Positions 1 through 10,427 of a DNA stretch of 40,000 nucleotides are shown here, piece by piece. How positions within the stretch are numbered: the first letter of the stretch is position 1; each line of letters begins with the position of its first letter. The notes under the pieces are model-generated. The model saw nothing but the letters and a program-made list of their open reading frames with translations, did no database searches and had not been told where the DNA came from. The stretch is from Escherichia coli (GTDB lineage: Bacteria; Pseudomonadota; Gammaproteobacteria; Enterobacterales; Enterobacteriaceae), in NCBI RefSeq assembly GCF_018884285.1, contig NZ_CP035817.1; one strand, 5' to 3'. Made by a program: the position numbers and the translations under genes.

Positions 1-1482
1 GGTGGCGGAATGGTTGAGCGGAAGGTGATTGAAGAGTCACTTCAGGCATTGCAGGAACGTAAGCCGCGATTATTCCATGGACGTATGGCTCGTAACGGTG
101 CGGATGCTGTCGGGTCAGATTGTGGAGGTGCAATGTCAGTATTTATCAGCGTCCATGGTATGCGTCCACGTCTGGTGTTGATTGGCGCGGGGCATGTCAA
201 CCGGGCGATAGCCCAGAGTGCGGCGCTATTAGGATTTGATATTGCCGTTGCCGATATTTATCGCGAAAGCCTCAATCCTGAACTATTCCCTCCATCAACC
301 ACGCTTCTCCATGCTGAGTCGTTTGGTGCAGCAGTGGAAGCACTGGATATTCGCCCTGATAATTTTGTCCTGATTGCCACGAATAATCAGGATCGTGAAG
401 CCCTCGACAAACTCATTGAACAGCCCATTGCATGGTTGGGGTTGCTGGCAAGTCGCCGCAAGGTTCAGCTTTTCCTGCGTCAATTGCGTGAGAAAGGCGT
501 GGCTGAAGAACATATTGCCCGTTTACATGCGCCCGTTGGTTACAACATAGGTGCGGAAACGCCGCAGGAGATCGCCATCAGCGTGTTGGCAGAAATATTA
601 CAGGTGAAAAATAACGCGCCGGGTGGGCTGATGATGAAACCTTCTCATCCTTCCGGACACCAGCTGGTGGTGATTCGCGGTGCGGGAGATATCGCCAGTG
701 GTGTGGCGCTACGTCTGTATCATGCGGGTTTTAAAGTGATCATGCTGGAAGTGGAAAAACCGACAGTGATTCGTTGTACGGTGGCGTTTGCCCAGGCCGT
801 GTTCGATGGCGAAATGACGGTCGAAGGCGTCACTGCTCGCCTGGCAACCAGCTCTGCGGAAGCGATGAAACTTACCGAACGCGGATTCATCCCTGTGATG
901 GTAGATCCCGCCTGTTCATTGCTTGATGAACTGAAACCGCTTTGCGTGGTGGACGCTATTCTGGCGAAACAGAATTTGGGAACGCGGGCAGATATGGCAC
1001 CAGTAACAATCGCGCTTGGGCCGGGCTTTACTGCAGGGAAGGATTGTCATGCGGTAATTGAAACAAATCGCGGGCACTGGCTCGGTCAGGTGATTTACTC
1101 TGGTTGTGCGCAGGAGAATACCGGTGTTCCTGGCAATATTATGGGGCATACCACCCGACGGGTGATCCGTGCTCCTGCTGCAGGCATTATGCGATCCAAC
1201 GTGAAATTAGGCGATCTGGTGAAAGAGGGCGATGTGATTGCCTGGATTGGTGAGCATGAAATTAAAGCACCGTTGACGGGGATGGTGCGTGGCTTGTTGA
1301 ACGACGGCCTGGCAGTGGTCGGTGGTTTTAAAATTGGTGATATCGATCCTCGTGGTGAAACGGCTGATTTCACCAGCGTTTCTGATAAAGCCCGGGCGAT
1401 TGGCGGCGGCGTACTTGAGGCGTTAATGATGTTGATGCATCAGGGCGTGAAAGCGACAAAAGAAGTGCTGGAAGTGGCTTAA
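1..1482 (+). CDS. yqeB: YqeB, XdhC/CoxI-family protein with Rossmann domain (selenium-dependent molybdenum hydroxylase maturation type); 5' end outside the window
   Basis: Frame open from base 1; LVLIGAGHVNRAIAQSAALLGFDIAVADIY and VVIRGAGDIASGVALRLYHAGF motifs; position next to yqeA. Confidence 0.9.
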   Translation, partial: GGGMVERKVIEESLQALQERKPRLFHGRMARNGADAVGSDCGGAMSVFISVHGMRPRLVLIGAGHVNRAIAQSAALLGFDIAVADIYRESLNPELFPPSTTLLHAESFGAAVEALDIRPDNFVLIATNNQDREALDKLIEQPIAWLGLLASRRKVQLFLRQLREKGVAEEHIARLHAPVGYNIGAETPQEIAISVLAEILQVKNNAPGGLMMKPSHPSGHQLVVIRGAGDIASGVALRLYHAGFKVIMLEVEKPTVIRCTVAFAQAVFDGEMTVEGVTARLATSSAEAMKLTERGFIPVMVDPACSLLDELKPLCVVDAILAKQNLGTRADMAPVTIALGPGFTAGKDCHAVIETNRGHWLGQVIYSGCAQENTGVPGNIMGHTTRRVIRAPAAGIMRSNVKLGDLVKEGDVIAWIGEHEIKAPLTGMVRGLLNDGLAVVGGFKIGDIDPRGETADFTSVSDKARAIGGGVLEALMMLMHQGVKATKEVLEVA

Positions 1483-1490
1483 ATGAAAAT

Positions 1491-1516
1491 GGCCGGATGG
1501 TATTACCCACCCGGCC
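1491..1516. terminator. Hairpin between convergent yqeB and yqeA
   Basis: ggccggatggtattacccacccggcc: GGCCGG/CCGGCC arms between convergent genes. Confidence 0.6.
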
Positions 1517-1522
1517 TTAAAA

Positions 1523-2455
1523 TTACTGACAAATCACCGTTCCGGTTTTGCCTTCAATCCCCTCTTTCGCTTTGCTCAATACGGTAATCAGTGCTTCACG
1601 ACCTGCGCGAGAGCGAGCAAACGAGGCGGCAGCTTCCACTTTAGGCAGCATAGAACCTTTCGCAAAATGACCTTCTTCGATAAAGCGTTCAGCATCACTT
1701 AATGACAGGCGATCGAGCCACTGTTCATTCTCTTTACCGAAGTTAATGGCCACTTTTTCTACCGCAGTCAGAATGATCAGCATATCGGCATCAATCATTT
1801 CTGCTAAACGGGCGCTGGCCCAGTCTTTATCGATAACCGCGCTGGCACCACGCAGATGGTTACCTTCACGAATAACAGGAATACCACCACCGCCAACGGT
1901 GATCACCACCTGGCCTGCATCTACCAGAGCTTTAACCGTTTCTTTTTCAATAATATCAACCGGTTTTGGCGAGGCAACAACACGGCGATAGCCGCGACCA
2001 GCATCTTCTTTCAGAGTGTAACCCTGTTTTGTCAGTTGCTCTGCTTCTTGCTCGGTAAAGAACGAACCGATCGGCTTGGTCGGGTTGAGGAATGCCGGAT
2101 CGTTAGCGTCGACTTCGACCTGAGTAACCAGCGTTGCTACCGGTTTATTAATGCCCCGAGAAAGCAGTTCTTCTCTTAAGGCGTTTTGTAGATCGTAACC
2201 AATATAACCCTGGCTTAAGGCAACGCAGACAGACATCGGCAGCATTGGCGAGTGCGCTTCAGTTTTTGCAGCAGCTTCAAAGGCCTGGTTAATCATGCCC
2301 ACCTGCGGCCCGTTACCATGAGTGACGATAACTTCATGTCCTTGGGCAATTAAATCAACAATTGCCTGAGAAGTAATTTTTACCGCTTTCATTTGTCCGG
2401 CCAGGTCATCGCCCAGCGCATTCCCGCCCAGGGCGAGAACAATTTTCTTACTCAT
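1523..2455 (-). CDS. yqeA: Carbamate kinase-like protein
   Basis: 310 aa; MSKKIVLALGGNALG, VTHGNGPQVG, GGGGIPVI motifs of carbamate kinases. Confidence 0.93.
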   Translation of the reverse strand: MSKKIVLALGGNALGDDLAGQMKAVKITSQAIVDLIAQGHEVIVTHGNGPQVGMINQAFEAAAKTEAHSPMLPMSVCVALSQGYIGYDLQNALREELLSRGINKPVATLVTQVEVDANDPAFLNPTKPIGSFFTEQEAEQLTKQGYTLKEDAGRGYRRVVASPKPVDIIEKETVKALVDAGQVVITVGGGGIPVIREGNHLRGASAVIDKDWASARLAEMIDADMLIILTAVEKVAINFGKENEQWLDRLSLSDAERFIEEGHFAKGSMLPKVEAAASFARSRAGREALITVLSKAKEGIEGKTGTVICQ

Positions 2456-2502
2456 TTTTCCTCACTCATCATTCTTGATTGTGTATAGATCCCTGACAGT
2501 GG

Positions 2503-3888
2503 TTAGAGCACGGGAGGGACAAACGGTTTGCGTCGCAGGAAACGACCTCGCCCGGCTTTGCCTGTAAAGGTGCCGTCACAGAAAATCGTTTCACCACGGG
2601 ATAAGGTTCTGACAATCGCGCCCTGACAGGTAAAACCCTCCCATGGCGAGTAGTCGGCGTTGTCGTGGAGATGGCGATGCTGAATTTGTTGGCTCTGACG
2701 TGGGTCGATAATCACCACGTCGCCATCGGAACCGGGCGCTAATAATCCTTTTTGCGGCCACAGGCCAAACAGCCTGGCGGGCATTGCGCTGGTTAATTCA
2801 ACAAAGCGTTCCGGTGTTATACGTCCCGTCATCACGCCACTGGAAAACAGTAACTGCATGCGGTTTTCCACACCGGGTAAGCCATTTGGGCAGCGACTGA
2901 AATCGCCTTTAGAAATTTGCAGGCGTTGAGCCATCGAGAAGGTGCAGTGATCGGTCGCCACCACGTCAATCGCACCATCGCTGATGCCACACCACAGTTT
3001 GTCCTGCTCGCGTACGTTACGCAGCGGTGGGCTAAGAATGAACTTCATGCCGTCTTCTGTATCGTAACTGCGTTCGTCCAACAGGAGATATTGTGGGCAG
3101 GTTTCAACCCAGACTGGCTGGTGATTCGCACGGGCAAGACGCAGATAATCCAGACCTAAGCCGTTAGACAGGTGCACGATATAGAGCGGGGCGTTACCGG
3201 CAATTTGTGCCAGGTTAATCATGCGGGCGATGGCTTCCGCTTCGCATTCCAGAGGGCGACTCAAGGCATGATAGCGCGGCGCGGTTAACCCTGCGGCGAT
3301 AAATTCCGCCCGCTTGCTGGCGATAGCCGCATCATTTTCCGGGTGCACGGTGGTCAGCGCGCCGGATTCATGCAGACGGCGTAATGCCTGCAAAACCTCG
3401 TCATCGTTGAGTTTGTATTGATAGGTTAAATAGAGTTTAAAACTGCTCAGTCCTTCCTCGACCATCATCGGGATTTCGTCGAGGATTGCGTGATTAATGT
3501 GCTGGATCACACCGTGAAAGCTGTAATCGATGACCGCTTTATGGGCGGCATAACCACGATAAACCTCCAGTTGATGGCGTAACCGACAGCCGTTTGGGCC
3601 AAATCCCATATGGTCAATAATGGTTGTTGTACCGCCACACGCAGCTGCGCGGGTACCGGTAAAAAAATCATCACAACTGCGCGCGATGCCGACATCAATA
3701 TTGAAATGCGTATGGACATCCACGCCGCCAGGGAAAACGTAACAGCCAGTGGCATCAATTTCTTCATACGGGAGCTGCGGCGAAATATTGTTGCCCAACT
3801 GGCGAACAATCCCGCTTTCAATCAGCAAATCCTGTTTGGCTTGTCCATCTGCGTTAACGACAGTGCCGTTTTTGATCAATACGCGCAT
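2503..3888 (-). CDS. hyuA: D-hydantoinase / dihydropyrimidinase-like amidohydrolase (phenylhydantoinase)
   Basis: Translated MRVLIKNGTVVNADGQ..., GGVDVHTHFN metal motif, ATDHCTF. Start at MRVL preferred over the upstream MEFA of the ORF track. Confidence 0.93.
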   Translation of the reverse strand: MRVLIKNGTVVNADGQAKQDLLIESGIVRQLGNNISPQLPYEEIDATGCYVFPGGVDVHTHFNIDVGIARSCDDFFTGTRAAACGGTTTIIDHMGFGPNGCRLRHQLEVYRGYAAHKAVIDYSFHGVIQHINHAILDEIPMMVEEGLSSFKLYLTYQYKLNDDEVLQALRRLHESGALTTVHPENDAAIASKRAEFIAAGLTAPRYHALSRPLECEAEAIARMINLAQIAGNAPLYIVHLSNGLGLDYLRLARANHQPVWVETCPQYLLLDERSYDTEDGMKFILSPPLRNVREQDKLWCGISDGAIDVVATDHCTFSMAQRLQISKGDFSRCPNGLPGVENRMQLLFSSGVMTGRITPERFVELTSAMPARLFGLWPQKGLLAPGSDGDVVIIDPRQSQQIQHRHLHDNADYSPWEGFTCQGAIVRTLSRGETIFCDGTFTGKAGRGRFLRRKPFVPPVL

Positions 3889-3940
3889 AGCAAACTCCAA
3901 AAACCCTCCGGCGAACCGGAGGGGAATAAGTGAAGAGTAA

Positions 3941-5152
3941 TTACTCTGTTGCCAGCCAGCTTAACGGGATTGCAGCGTACATCGCGGCACAGGTCACCAG
4001 GTGAGATTTCCAGGTTTTTTCGTTAGGTGCATGCGCTTCAGGTTCTTTACCCGGGCCAAAGCCGATCACCGGAATGCCGTGACGGCCCATGATAGATACG
4101 CCGTTAGTTGAGAAGGTCCACTTATCAACAACCGGCGCTTTGCCAAACAGCCCTTCGTAGGCATTCACCAGTGCTTTAACGGTGAAGTGATCTTCTTCCA
4201 CTTTCCAGGTCGGGAAGTAGCATTCGGTTGGGTAAACCAGGCCAGTCCAGGACGGACGGTCGTAGTTGTACATAGAAACAACCGCGTTAGCTTTCTGTAC
4301 TGCAGGCAGGGCGCGGATTTCGTCCAGCGCGCCTTCCCAGGTTTCGCCCCAGGTCAGACGGCGGTCAATAGAGACGGCGCAGCTATCTGCTACAGCGCAA
4401 CGGCTTGGGGATGTGAAGAAGATTTCAGAAACGGTGAGGGTGCCTTTGCCGAGGAATTCGTCATAACCCAGACGTTGGGAGAGTTCTTGTAATTCGCCAA
4501 GAATCGGACCCATTTTGAAAATGGCGTTGTCACCGCGTTCTGGCGCAGAACCGTGGCAGCTAACACCCTGAACATCAATACGAATTTCCATACGACCGCG
4601 CTGACCACGGTATATCTGGCAGTCGGTTGGTTCGGTACTGACCACAAATTCCGGGCGAATGCCGGATTGTTCAATAATGTACTGCCAGCACAGACCGTCG
4701 CAGTCTTCTTCCTGCACAGTACCGGTAACCAGCAGGGTATATTCATCTTCCAGACCGAGGTCTTTAATGATTTTACCGGCATAAACCATAGATGCCATGC
4801 CGCCTTCCTGGTCGGAAGTACCGCGACCACCGATTAGCTCATCAGTTTCCATGCCTTCGTACGGATCGAAGTCCCAGTTTTTGATGTTGCCAATGCCGAC
4901 GGTATCGATATGAGCGTCCATTGCCACCAGACGCGGGCCGTGGCCGATATAACCGAGAACGTTGCCCATCGGGTCGATTTCAACTTTATCGAAGCCGACT
5001 TTTTCCATCTCTTCTTTAATACGATGTACTACGCGTTTTTCGTCGCAGCTTTCACTGGGAATAGCAACCATGTCGCGCAGGAAGCGAGTCATGTCCGCCT
5101 GGTAATCTTTTGCTTTTTCAAGAATCAGTTTGAATGGAATATTCTTAGCCAT
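3941..5152 (-). CDS. ygeY: M20-family peptidase/deacylase YgeY
   Basis: 403 aa; [36 protein letters not shown] motifs of M20 metallopeptidases; cluster position. Confidence 0.93.
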   Translation of the reverse strand: MAKNIPFKLILEKAKDYQADMTRFLRDMVAIPSESCDEKRVVHRIKEEMEKVGFDKVEIDPMGNVLGYIGHGPRLVAMDAHIDTVGIGNIKNWDFDPYEGMETDELIGGRGTSDQEGGMASMVYAGKIIKDLGLEDEYTLLVTGTVQEEDCDGLCWQYIIEQSGIRPEFVVSTEPTDCQIYRGQRGRMEIRIDVQGVSCHGSAPERGDNAIFKMGPILGELQELSQRLGYDEFLGKGTLTVSEIFFTSPSRCAVADSCAVSIDRRLTWGETWEGALDEIRALPAVQKANAVVSMYNYDRPSWTGLVYPTECYFPTWKVEEDHFTVKALVNAYEGLFGKAPVVDKWTFSTNGVSIMGRHGIPVIGFGPGKEPEAHAPNEKTWKSHLVTCAAMYAAIPLSWLATE

Positions 5153-5209
5153 TATTTTTCTCCAGATTTTTTACTCCCCGTTTTGCAGGGAGCAGTTCCA
5201 ATAGGGTGA

Positions 5210-6406
5210 TTAAGGTGCTACAGCGTGTTTGCCTTCCCAGACAACTTCGCGGTAGTGCTTCACGTCGGTGTCGCCTTCAGTGCTGATAACCAGCACCACG
5301 GCATCTTTGTTCAGCGCCAGTTTTTCCATCAGGCTTTGACGTTGCGGGTGATAATGAACCGCTGCGAGAACGCCCAAACCGACAGCGCCGGATTCACCGG
5401 AGATGATGCGCGGGTCGTTGCCGTACGGATTACCCAGCACGCGCATACCTAATGCGGCAACGCTGTCCTGGCAGGAGATGAATTGGGTGGCGCAGTTACG
5501 TAGGATTTCCCAGCCCAGCGGGTTAGGTTCGCCACAGGCCAGGCCTGCCATGATGGTGGCCATATCACCGCCAACGTTGACGATGTCGCCTTTGACGCCG
5601 GAGCGATAAATACAGTCAGCTTTGTCAGGTTCAACAATAATGCTGTGCAGATTTTGCGGGCTATAGACGTCGACCAGATAACCCAGCACACCACCGGCCA
5701 TTGCTCCGACACCGGCTTGCAGCAGAACGTGCGTCGGGGTTACGCCCATTTCACGCATTTGCTCGACGGCTTCATCTGCCAGGGTTGCGTAGCCTTGCAT
5801 GATCCAGGTTGGGATTTTGGTGTAACCTTCCCATGCCGTGTCCTGTACCACTTCCCAGCCGTGCTGCTGCGCGTGTTGCATGGTCAGGCGAACGGTATCG
5901 TCATAGTTCATATCTGTGACGATGCACTCGGCACCGAGGTTCAGAATGGCGTCAACGCGTTCCTGAGCAGAACCTTTCGGCATGTAAATCACCGCATTCT
6001 GTCCGAGTTGCTGCGCTGCCCACGCCACACCGCGCCCGTGGTTGCCGTCGGTGGTGGTCGCGAAAGTCATTTTTTCGCCGATGGCATTTTTCAGGTGCTC
6101 AAATGACAGCGTTTCGATATCAAGATGATATTTTTCACACAATAATTGAGCGATGGCGTACGCACCGCCGAGCATTTTGAAGGCGTTCAGACCGAATCGT
6201 TTTGATTCGTCTTTGACAAGAATTTTCTTCACACCAAAAAGGTTTGCGAGATCGTCCAGCGCACAAAGCGGTGTTGGGCGATAACCAGCTATTTTCTGGT
6301 GGAACTGGCGCGCCAGTTTGGCCTGGCTTTGCGAAAAGAGCGGTGATGTTTCGCCGTTGAAAAATTTGTTATCGGCGATATCAATCTTCAATGAGAAAAC
6401 GGACAT
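5210..6406 (-). CDS. ygeX: 2,3-diaminopropionate ammonia-lyase (PLP fold type II)
   Basis: 398 aa; VKDESKRFGLNAFKMLGG PLP-lysine motif and TTDGNHGRGVAW. Confidence 0.94.
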   Translation of the reverse strand: MSVFSLKIDIADNKFFNGETSPLFSQSQAKLARQFHQKIAGYRPTPLCALDDLANLFGVKKILVKDESKRFGLNAFKMLGGAYAIAQLLCEKYHLDIETLSFEHLKNAIGEKMTFATTTDGNHGRGVAWAAQQLGQNAVIYMPKGSAQERVDAILNLGAECIVTDMNYDDTVRLTMQHAQQHGWEVVQDTAWEGYTKIPTWIMQGYATLADEAVEQMREMGVTPTHVLLQAGVGAMAGGVLGYLVDVYSPQNLHSIIVEPDKADCIYRSGVKGDIVNVGGDMATIMAGLACGEPNPLGWEILRNCATQFISCQDSVAALGMRVLGNPYGNDPRIISGESGAVGLGVLAAVHYHPQRQSLMEKLALNKDAVVLVISTEGDTDVKHYREVVWEGKHAVAP

Positions 6407-6463
6407 ATCCTATCCTTTTGGCCTCTGGAAATAGAGGGCCGACCAGCTGATCGGCCCGAGGGG

Positions 6464-7654
6464 TTATTTCACGCGTTCTTGCGCTTCTTTCAGCAGTTGC
6501 TCGAGCAGTGCACCTGGTTTGGCGTATTTACGGGACAGGATCATCGCGGCGATGATATAAGGCTTCCAGCTGGCTTCTTTGTAGGTTGCGATACGGTATT
6601 TTTCGAATACGCCTTCAGTCACTTCACCTTCTTTACAGGATACGCCGCTGATATCAGCTGGCAGGCAGTGCATGTACAGGGCTTCGCCATCACGGGTCAG
6701 TTCCATCATCTCTTCAGTACAATGCCAGTCTTTGTGTTGCGCGTTCTGTGCCAGACACTGTTTTTCCAGTGCTTTTAAGCCTTCGTGATCGTTAGCGCGC
6801 AGCAATTCGGTACGCTGTTCCATCACTTTGTAAGGTGCCCATGACTTCGGATAAACGATGTCTGCATCTTTGAACGCTTCTTCCATGCTGGTGACCTGAC
6901 GGAAGCTACCGCCAGATGCTTTAGCATTGTTTTTCGCCACTTCAACCACATCCGGGATCAGGTCGTAGCCTTCCGGATGGGCCAGGGTGACATCCATACC
7001 GAAGCGAGTCATCAGACCGATGATGCCTTGTGGTACAGAGAGCGGTTTGCCATAGCTTGGAGAGTAGGCCCAGGTCATGGCGATTTTTTTACCTTTCAGG
7101 TTTTCCAGTGAACCAAAGTGTTCACGTAACCACGCGAGGTCAGCCATTGACTGAGTCGGGTGGTCAATATCGCATTGCAGGTTCACTAAAGCCGGACGCT
7201 GTGGCAGTACACCCTGCTTGTAACCGTCATCAAGTGCAGCGCCAACTTCACGCATATAGGCGTTGCCTGCGCCCAGAAACATATCGTCGCGAATACCAAT
7301 AGCGTCGGCGCAGAAGGAGATCATATTGGCGGTTTCACGCACGGTTTCGCCGTGAGCGATTTGTGATTTGCCTTCGTCGAGATCTTGTTGTGCAAGGCCG
7401 AGCAGGTTAAGCGCGGAAGCATAAGAGAAGCGGGTACGGGTGGAGTTGTCGCGGAATACGGAAATACCTAATCCACTATTAAAGACTTTGGTTGAGATGT
7501 TTTCAGCACGCAGTGCTTTTAATGCTGCGGCAACGTCCAGTACTTGTTTCAGTTCATCTGGCGTCTGTTCCCACGTTAACAAAAAATCTTTCTCGTGAAG
7601 GTGAGAGGTCAGCGAATTGATATCCTTAATCAGCTCATTAACAGTTTTCATCAT
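6464..7654 (-). CDS. ygeW: Aspartate/ornithine carbamoyltransferase-like (knotted transcarbamylase family) protein YgeW
   Basis: 396 aa; FRDNSTRTRFSYASA (STRT carbamoyl-phosphate motif) and MHCLPADI motif. Confidence 0.93.
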   Translation of the reverse strand: MMKTVNELIKDINSLTSHLHEKDFLLTWEQTPDELKQVLDVAAALKALRAENISTKVFNSGLGISVFRDNSTRTRFSYASALNLLGLAQQDLDEGKSQIAHGETVRETANMISFCADAIGIRDDMFLGAGNAYMREVGAALDDGYKQGVLPQRPALVNLQCDIDHPTQSMADLAWLREHFGSLENLKGKKIAMTWAYSPSYGKPLSVPQGIIGLMTRFGMDVTLAHPEGYDLIPDVVEVAKNNAKASGGSFRQVTSMEEAFKDADIVYPKSWAPYKVMEQRTELLRANDHEGLKALEKQCLAQNAQHKDWHCTEEMMELTRDGEALYMHCLPADISGVSCKEGEVTEGVFEKYRIATYKEASWKPYIIAAMILSRKYAKPGALLEQLLKEAQERVK

Positions 7655-7744
7655 AAAGTCCCGGTAGTGGAATGACAGGCAAAGTGGTTTATTTCACTGT
7701 GACTTGCCAAAGTGATTGGTGTTTTCACAGCTATACCTGGGACT

Positions 7745-7760
7745 AACAATAAGTGTGCCA
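7745..7760 (-). promoter_or_regulatory. Putative sigma54 -24/-12 promoter for ygeW-ygeX-ygeY-hyuA-yqeA
   Basis: Minus strand reads TGGCAC-ACTTA-TTGTT, against consensus TGGCAC-N5-TTGCA, about 90 nt upstream of the ygeW start. Confidence 0.6.
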
Positions 7761-8129
7761 GAATTATCCACGGGGCTGCAAAAGACTAATTTGACGGATA
7801 ATGTGTGGGGTTGATCACAAATTGATGCCAGCTTCCGGTTGTTTGTAAAATACGAAAACGTTTGGCTTTTTTTATCGCGTTATTTATTTGCTGCTAAGTA
7901 TCAGAAATAAGATAAAGGGACAGGCTATCTCTCTTCAGTTTGATAAACTCACCGCCGTAATTCTCATATTGATATAGAAATGTGATATCTCTTCCATAAT
8001 TTCATTAGAAAATGATAAAAATCTTATGTTTTTATCAAAGCCAATTTCGCCTGAGTTAATATCATCATGATCTGTGAACCATCAACGTCTTCAATGATCG
8101 ACTTTTAAGTAAGTCTGGAAGGTAAAGCT

Positions 8130-9908
8130 ATGGAGCTTGCTACTACGCAGTCAGTATTGATGCAAATTCAACCGACAATTCAGCGTTTTGCCAGAATGCT
8201 TGCCAGCGTTTTGCAGCTTGAGGTTGAGATCGTTGATGAAAACTTGTGTCGCGTCGCCGGAACGGGCGCGTATGGGAAGTTTCTTGGTCGCCAGTTGAGC
8301 GGCAACTCACGCCTGCTCCGCCACGTCCTGGAAACGAAAACTGAAAAAGTTGTGACACAGTCTCGCTTCGATCCCCTTTGCGAAGGTTGCGATAGTAAAG
8401 AAAATTGCCGCGAAAAAGCATTTCTGGGTACGCCTGTCATTTTACAGGATCGTTGTGTTGGGGTGATAAGTTTGATTGCCGTTACCCACGAGCAACAAGA
8501 GCATATCAGTGATAATTTACGCGAATTTTCTGATTATGTTCGCCATATATCCACCATTTTTGTTTCGAAACTTCTGGAGGATCAGGGGCCAGGAGATAAC
8601 ATCAGTAAAATATTCGCGACCATGATCGATAATATGGATCAGGGCGTATTAGTTGTTGATGATGAAAGTCGGGTTCAGTTTGTTAATCAGACTGCCTTAA
8701 AAACACTTGGTGTTGTACAAAATAATATTATTGGGAAACCTATCCGTTTCAGACCATTAACATTTGAGAGTAATTTTACTCATGGACATATGCAGCATAT
8801 TGTTTCGTGGGACGATAAAAGTGAATTAATCATTGGTCAATTGCATAACATTCAGGGCCGACAATTATTTTTAATGGCATTTCACCAATCGCATACCAGT
8901 TTTTCTGTAGCAAATGCACCTGATGAACCACATATTGAACAATTGGTTGGCGAGTGCCGTGTTATGCGGCAATTAAAACGACTCATTAGCCGTATTGCAC
9001 CCAGCCCATCCAGCGTTATGGTGGTTGGTGAAAGCGGCACGGGTAAAGAAGTCGTCGCCCGAGCAATCCATAAGTTGAGCGGAAGACGGAATAAACCCTT
9101 TATTGCTATCAACTGTGCCGCGATTCCGGAGCAGCTTCTGGAAAGCGAACTGTTCGGTTATGTTAAAGGCGCATTTACTGGCGCTTCTGCCAACGGTAAA
9201 ACAGGGTTGATTCAGGCGGCGAATACGGGCACGCTGTTTCTCGATGAAATAGGTGATATGCCATTAATGTTGCAGGCTAAATTACTGCGCGCTATTGAGG
9301 CGCGTGAAATTCTGCCGATTGGTGCCAGTAGCCCAATACAAGTCGACATTCGCATCATTTCTGCAACTAATCAGAATTTGGCCCAGTTCATTGCCGAAGG
9401 TAAATTCCGCGAAGATCTCTTCTACCGACTTAATGTTATCCCGATAACTCTGCCACCGCTGCGTGAACGTCAGGAAGATATTGAACTATTGGTGCATTAC
9501 TTTTTACATCTGCATACCCGTCGTCTGGGATCGGTTTATCCTGGCATTGCTCCCGATGTCGTCGAAATATTGCGTAAGCATCGTTGGCCCGGAAACCTGC
9601 GCGAGTTAAGCAATTTGATGGAATATCTGGTTAACGTAGTTCCTTCAGGTGAAGTTATCGACAGCACGCTATTGCCGCCAAATCTGCTGAATAATGGCAC
9701 AACGGAGCAAAGTGATGTAACAGAGGTCAGTGAGGCGCACCTGTCACTCGATGATGCGGGCGGCACGGCGCTGGAGGAGATGGAAAAGCAAATGATCCGC
9801 GAGGCGCTTTCACGTCATAACAGCAAGAAGCAAGTTGCTGATGAACTGGGCATCGGCATTGCTACGCTCTATCGCAAGATTAAGAAATATGAGTTGTTAA
9901 ACATATAA
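8130..9908 (+). CDS. ygeV: Sigma54-dependent enhancer-binding transcriptional activator YgeV (UacR)
   Basis: 592 aa; GESGTGKEVVARAIHKLS Walker A, ELFGYVKGAFTGAS (GAFTGA loop), C-terminal Fis-type HTH ALSRHNSKKQVADELGIGIATLYRKIKKY; N-terminal GAF/PAS-like sensory region. Confidence 0.93.
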   Translation: MELATTQSVLMQIQPTIQRFARMLASVLQLEVEIVDENLCRVAGTGAYGKFLGRQLSGNSRLLRHVLETKTEKVVTQSRFDPLCEGCDSKENCREKAFLGTPVILQDRCVGVISLIAVTHEQQEHISDNLREFSDYVRHISTIFVSKLLEDQGPGDNISKIFATMIDNMDQGVLVVDDESRVQFVNQTALKTLGVVQNNIIGKPIRFRPLTFESNFTHGHMQHIVSWDDKSELIIGQLHNIQGRQLFLMAFHQSHTSFSVANAPDEPHIEQLVGECRVMRQLKRLISRIAPSPSSVMVVGESGTGKEVVARAIHKLSGRRNKPFIAINCAAIPEQLLESELFGYVKGAFTGASANGKTGLIQAANTGTLFLDEIGDMPLMLQAKLLRAIEAREILPIGASSPIQVDIRIISATNQNLAQFIAEGKFREDLFYRLNVIPITLPPLRERQEDIELLVHYFLHLHTRRLGSVYPGIAPDVVEILRKHRWPGNLRELSNLMEYLVNVVPSGEVIDSTLLPPNLLNNGTTEQSDVTEVSEAHLSLDDAGGTALEEMEKQMIREALSRHNSKKQVADELGIGIATLYRKIKKYELLNI

Positions 9909-9917
9909 CCTCAGTGA

Positions 9918-9941
9918 ATCCGGCCTGAATTCAGGCCGGAT
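9918..9941. terminator. Perfect palindromic hairpin between convergent ygeV and xdhC
   Basis: ATCCGGCCTGAATTCAGGCCGGAT is a perfect 24-nt inverted repeat between convergent stop codons. Confidence 0.65.
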
Positions 9942-9947
9942 ATCCTT

Positions 9948-10427
9948 TTACTTCGTTTTCTCGCAATCCAGAACTGTATTTACAATCATCTGATACCCCG
10001 TGCAGCGACAAAGATTTCCCGCCAGTCCGCGACGAATTTCCGTAATGGTTAATGGCTTCTCGCGTGGTTTCGCCAGCATTGCCGTGGTAGCCATAATCAG
10101 GCCAGGCGTACAAAACCCGCACTGCACTGCGCCGGATTTCGCATAAGCCTGCTGAACATGAGAAAGTTTTCCGCCTTTCGCTTCACCTTCCAGCGTGCGG
10201 ATCTCTTTTCCTTCAGCCCAGGCGGCAAGGTATAAGCAACTGTCTATTGCTGTGCCGTCGACCAACACCGTACAGGCACCACATTCACCCACGCAGCACC
10301 CTTGTTTGACACTTAGCAGTCCTTGTTCGCGGAGTAATTCCGAGAGCGGCGTGCCTGGTGCGGCGTGAAGCTGAAAAGGCATCCCGTTAATGGTGCATTC
10401 GATGGTAATTGTTTCGCTGTGATTCAT
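9948..10427 (-). CDS. xdhC: Xanthine dehydrogenase-type [2Fe-2S] subunit
   Basis: 159 aa; [15 protein letters not shown] and [10 protein letters not shown]...CRCTGY iron-sulfur motifs. Confidence 0.95.

Noticed and set aside
295-1373. Several minus-strand ORFs inside yqeB
   Set aside because: Antisense shadows of a strongly supported coding gene.
8143-9766. Minus-strand ORFs inside ygeV
   Set aside because: Antisense to a clear sigma54 activator with all family motifs; no independent support.
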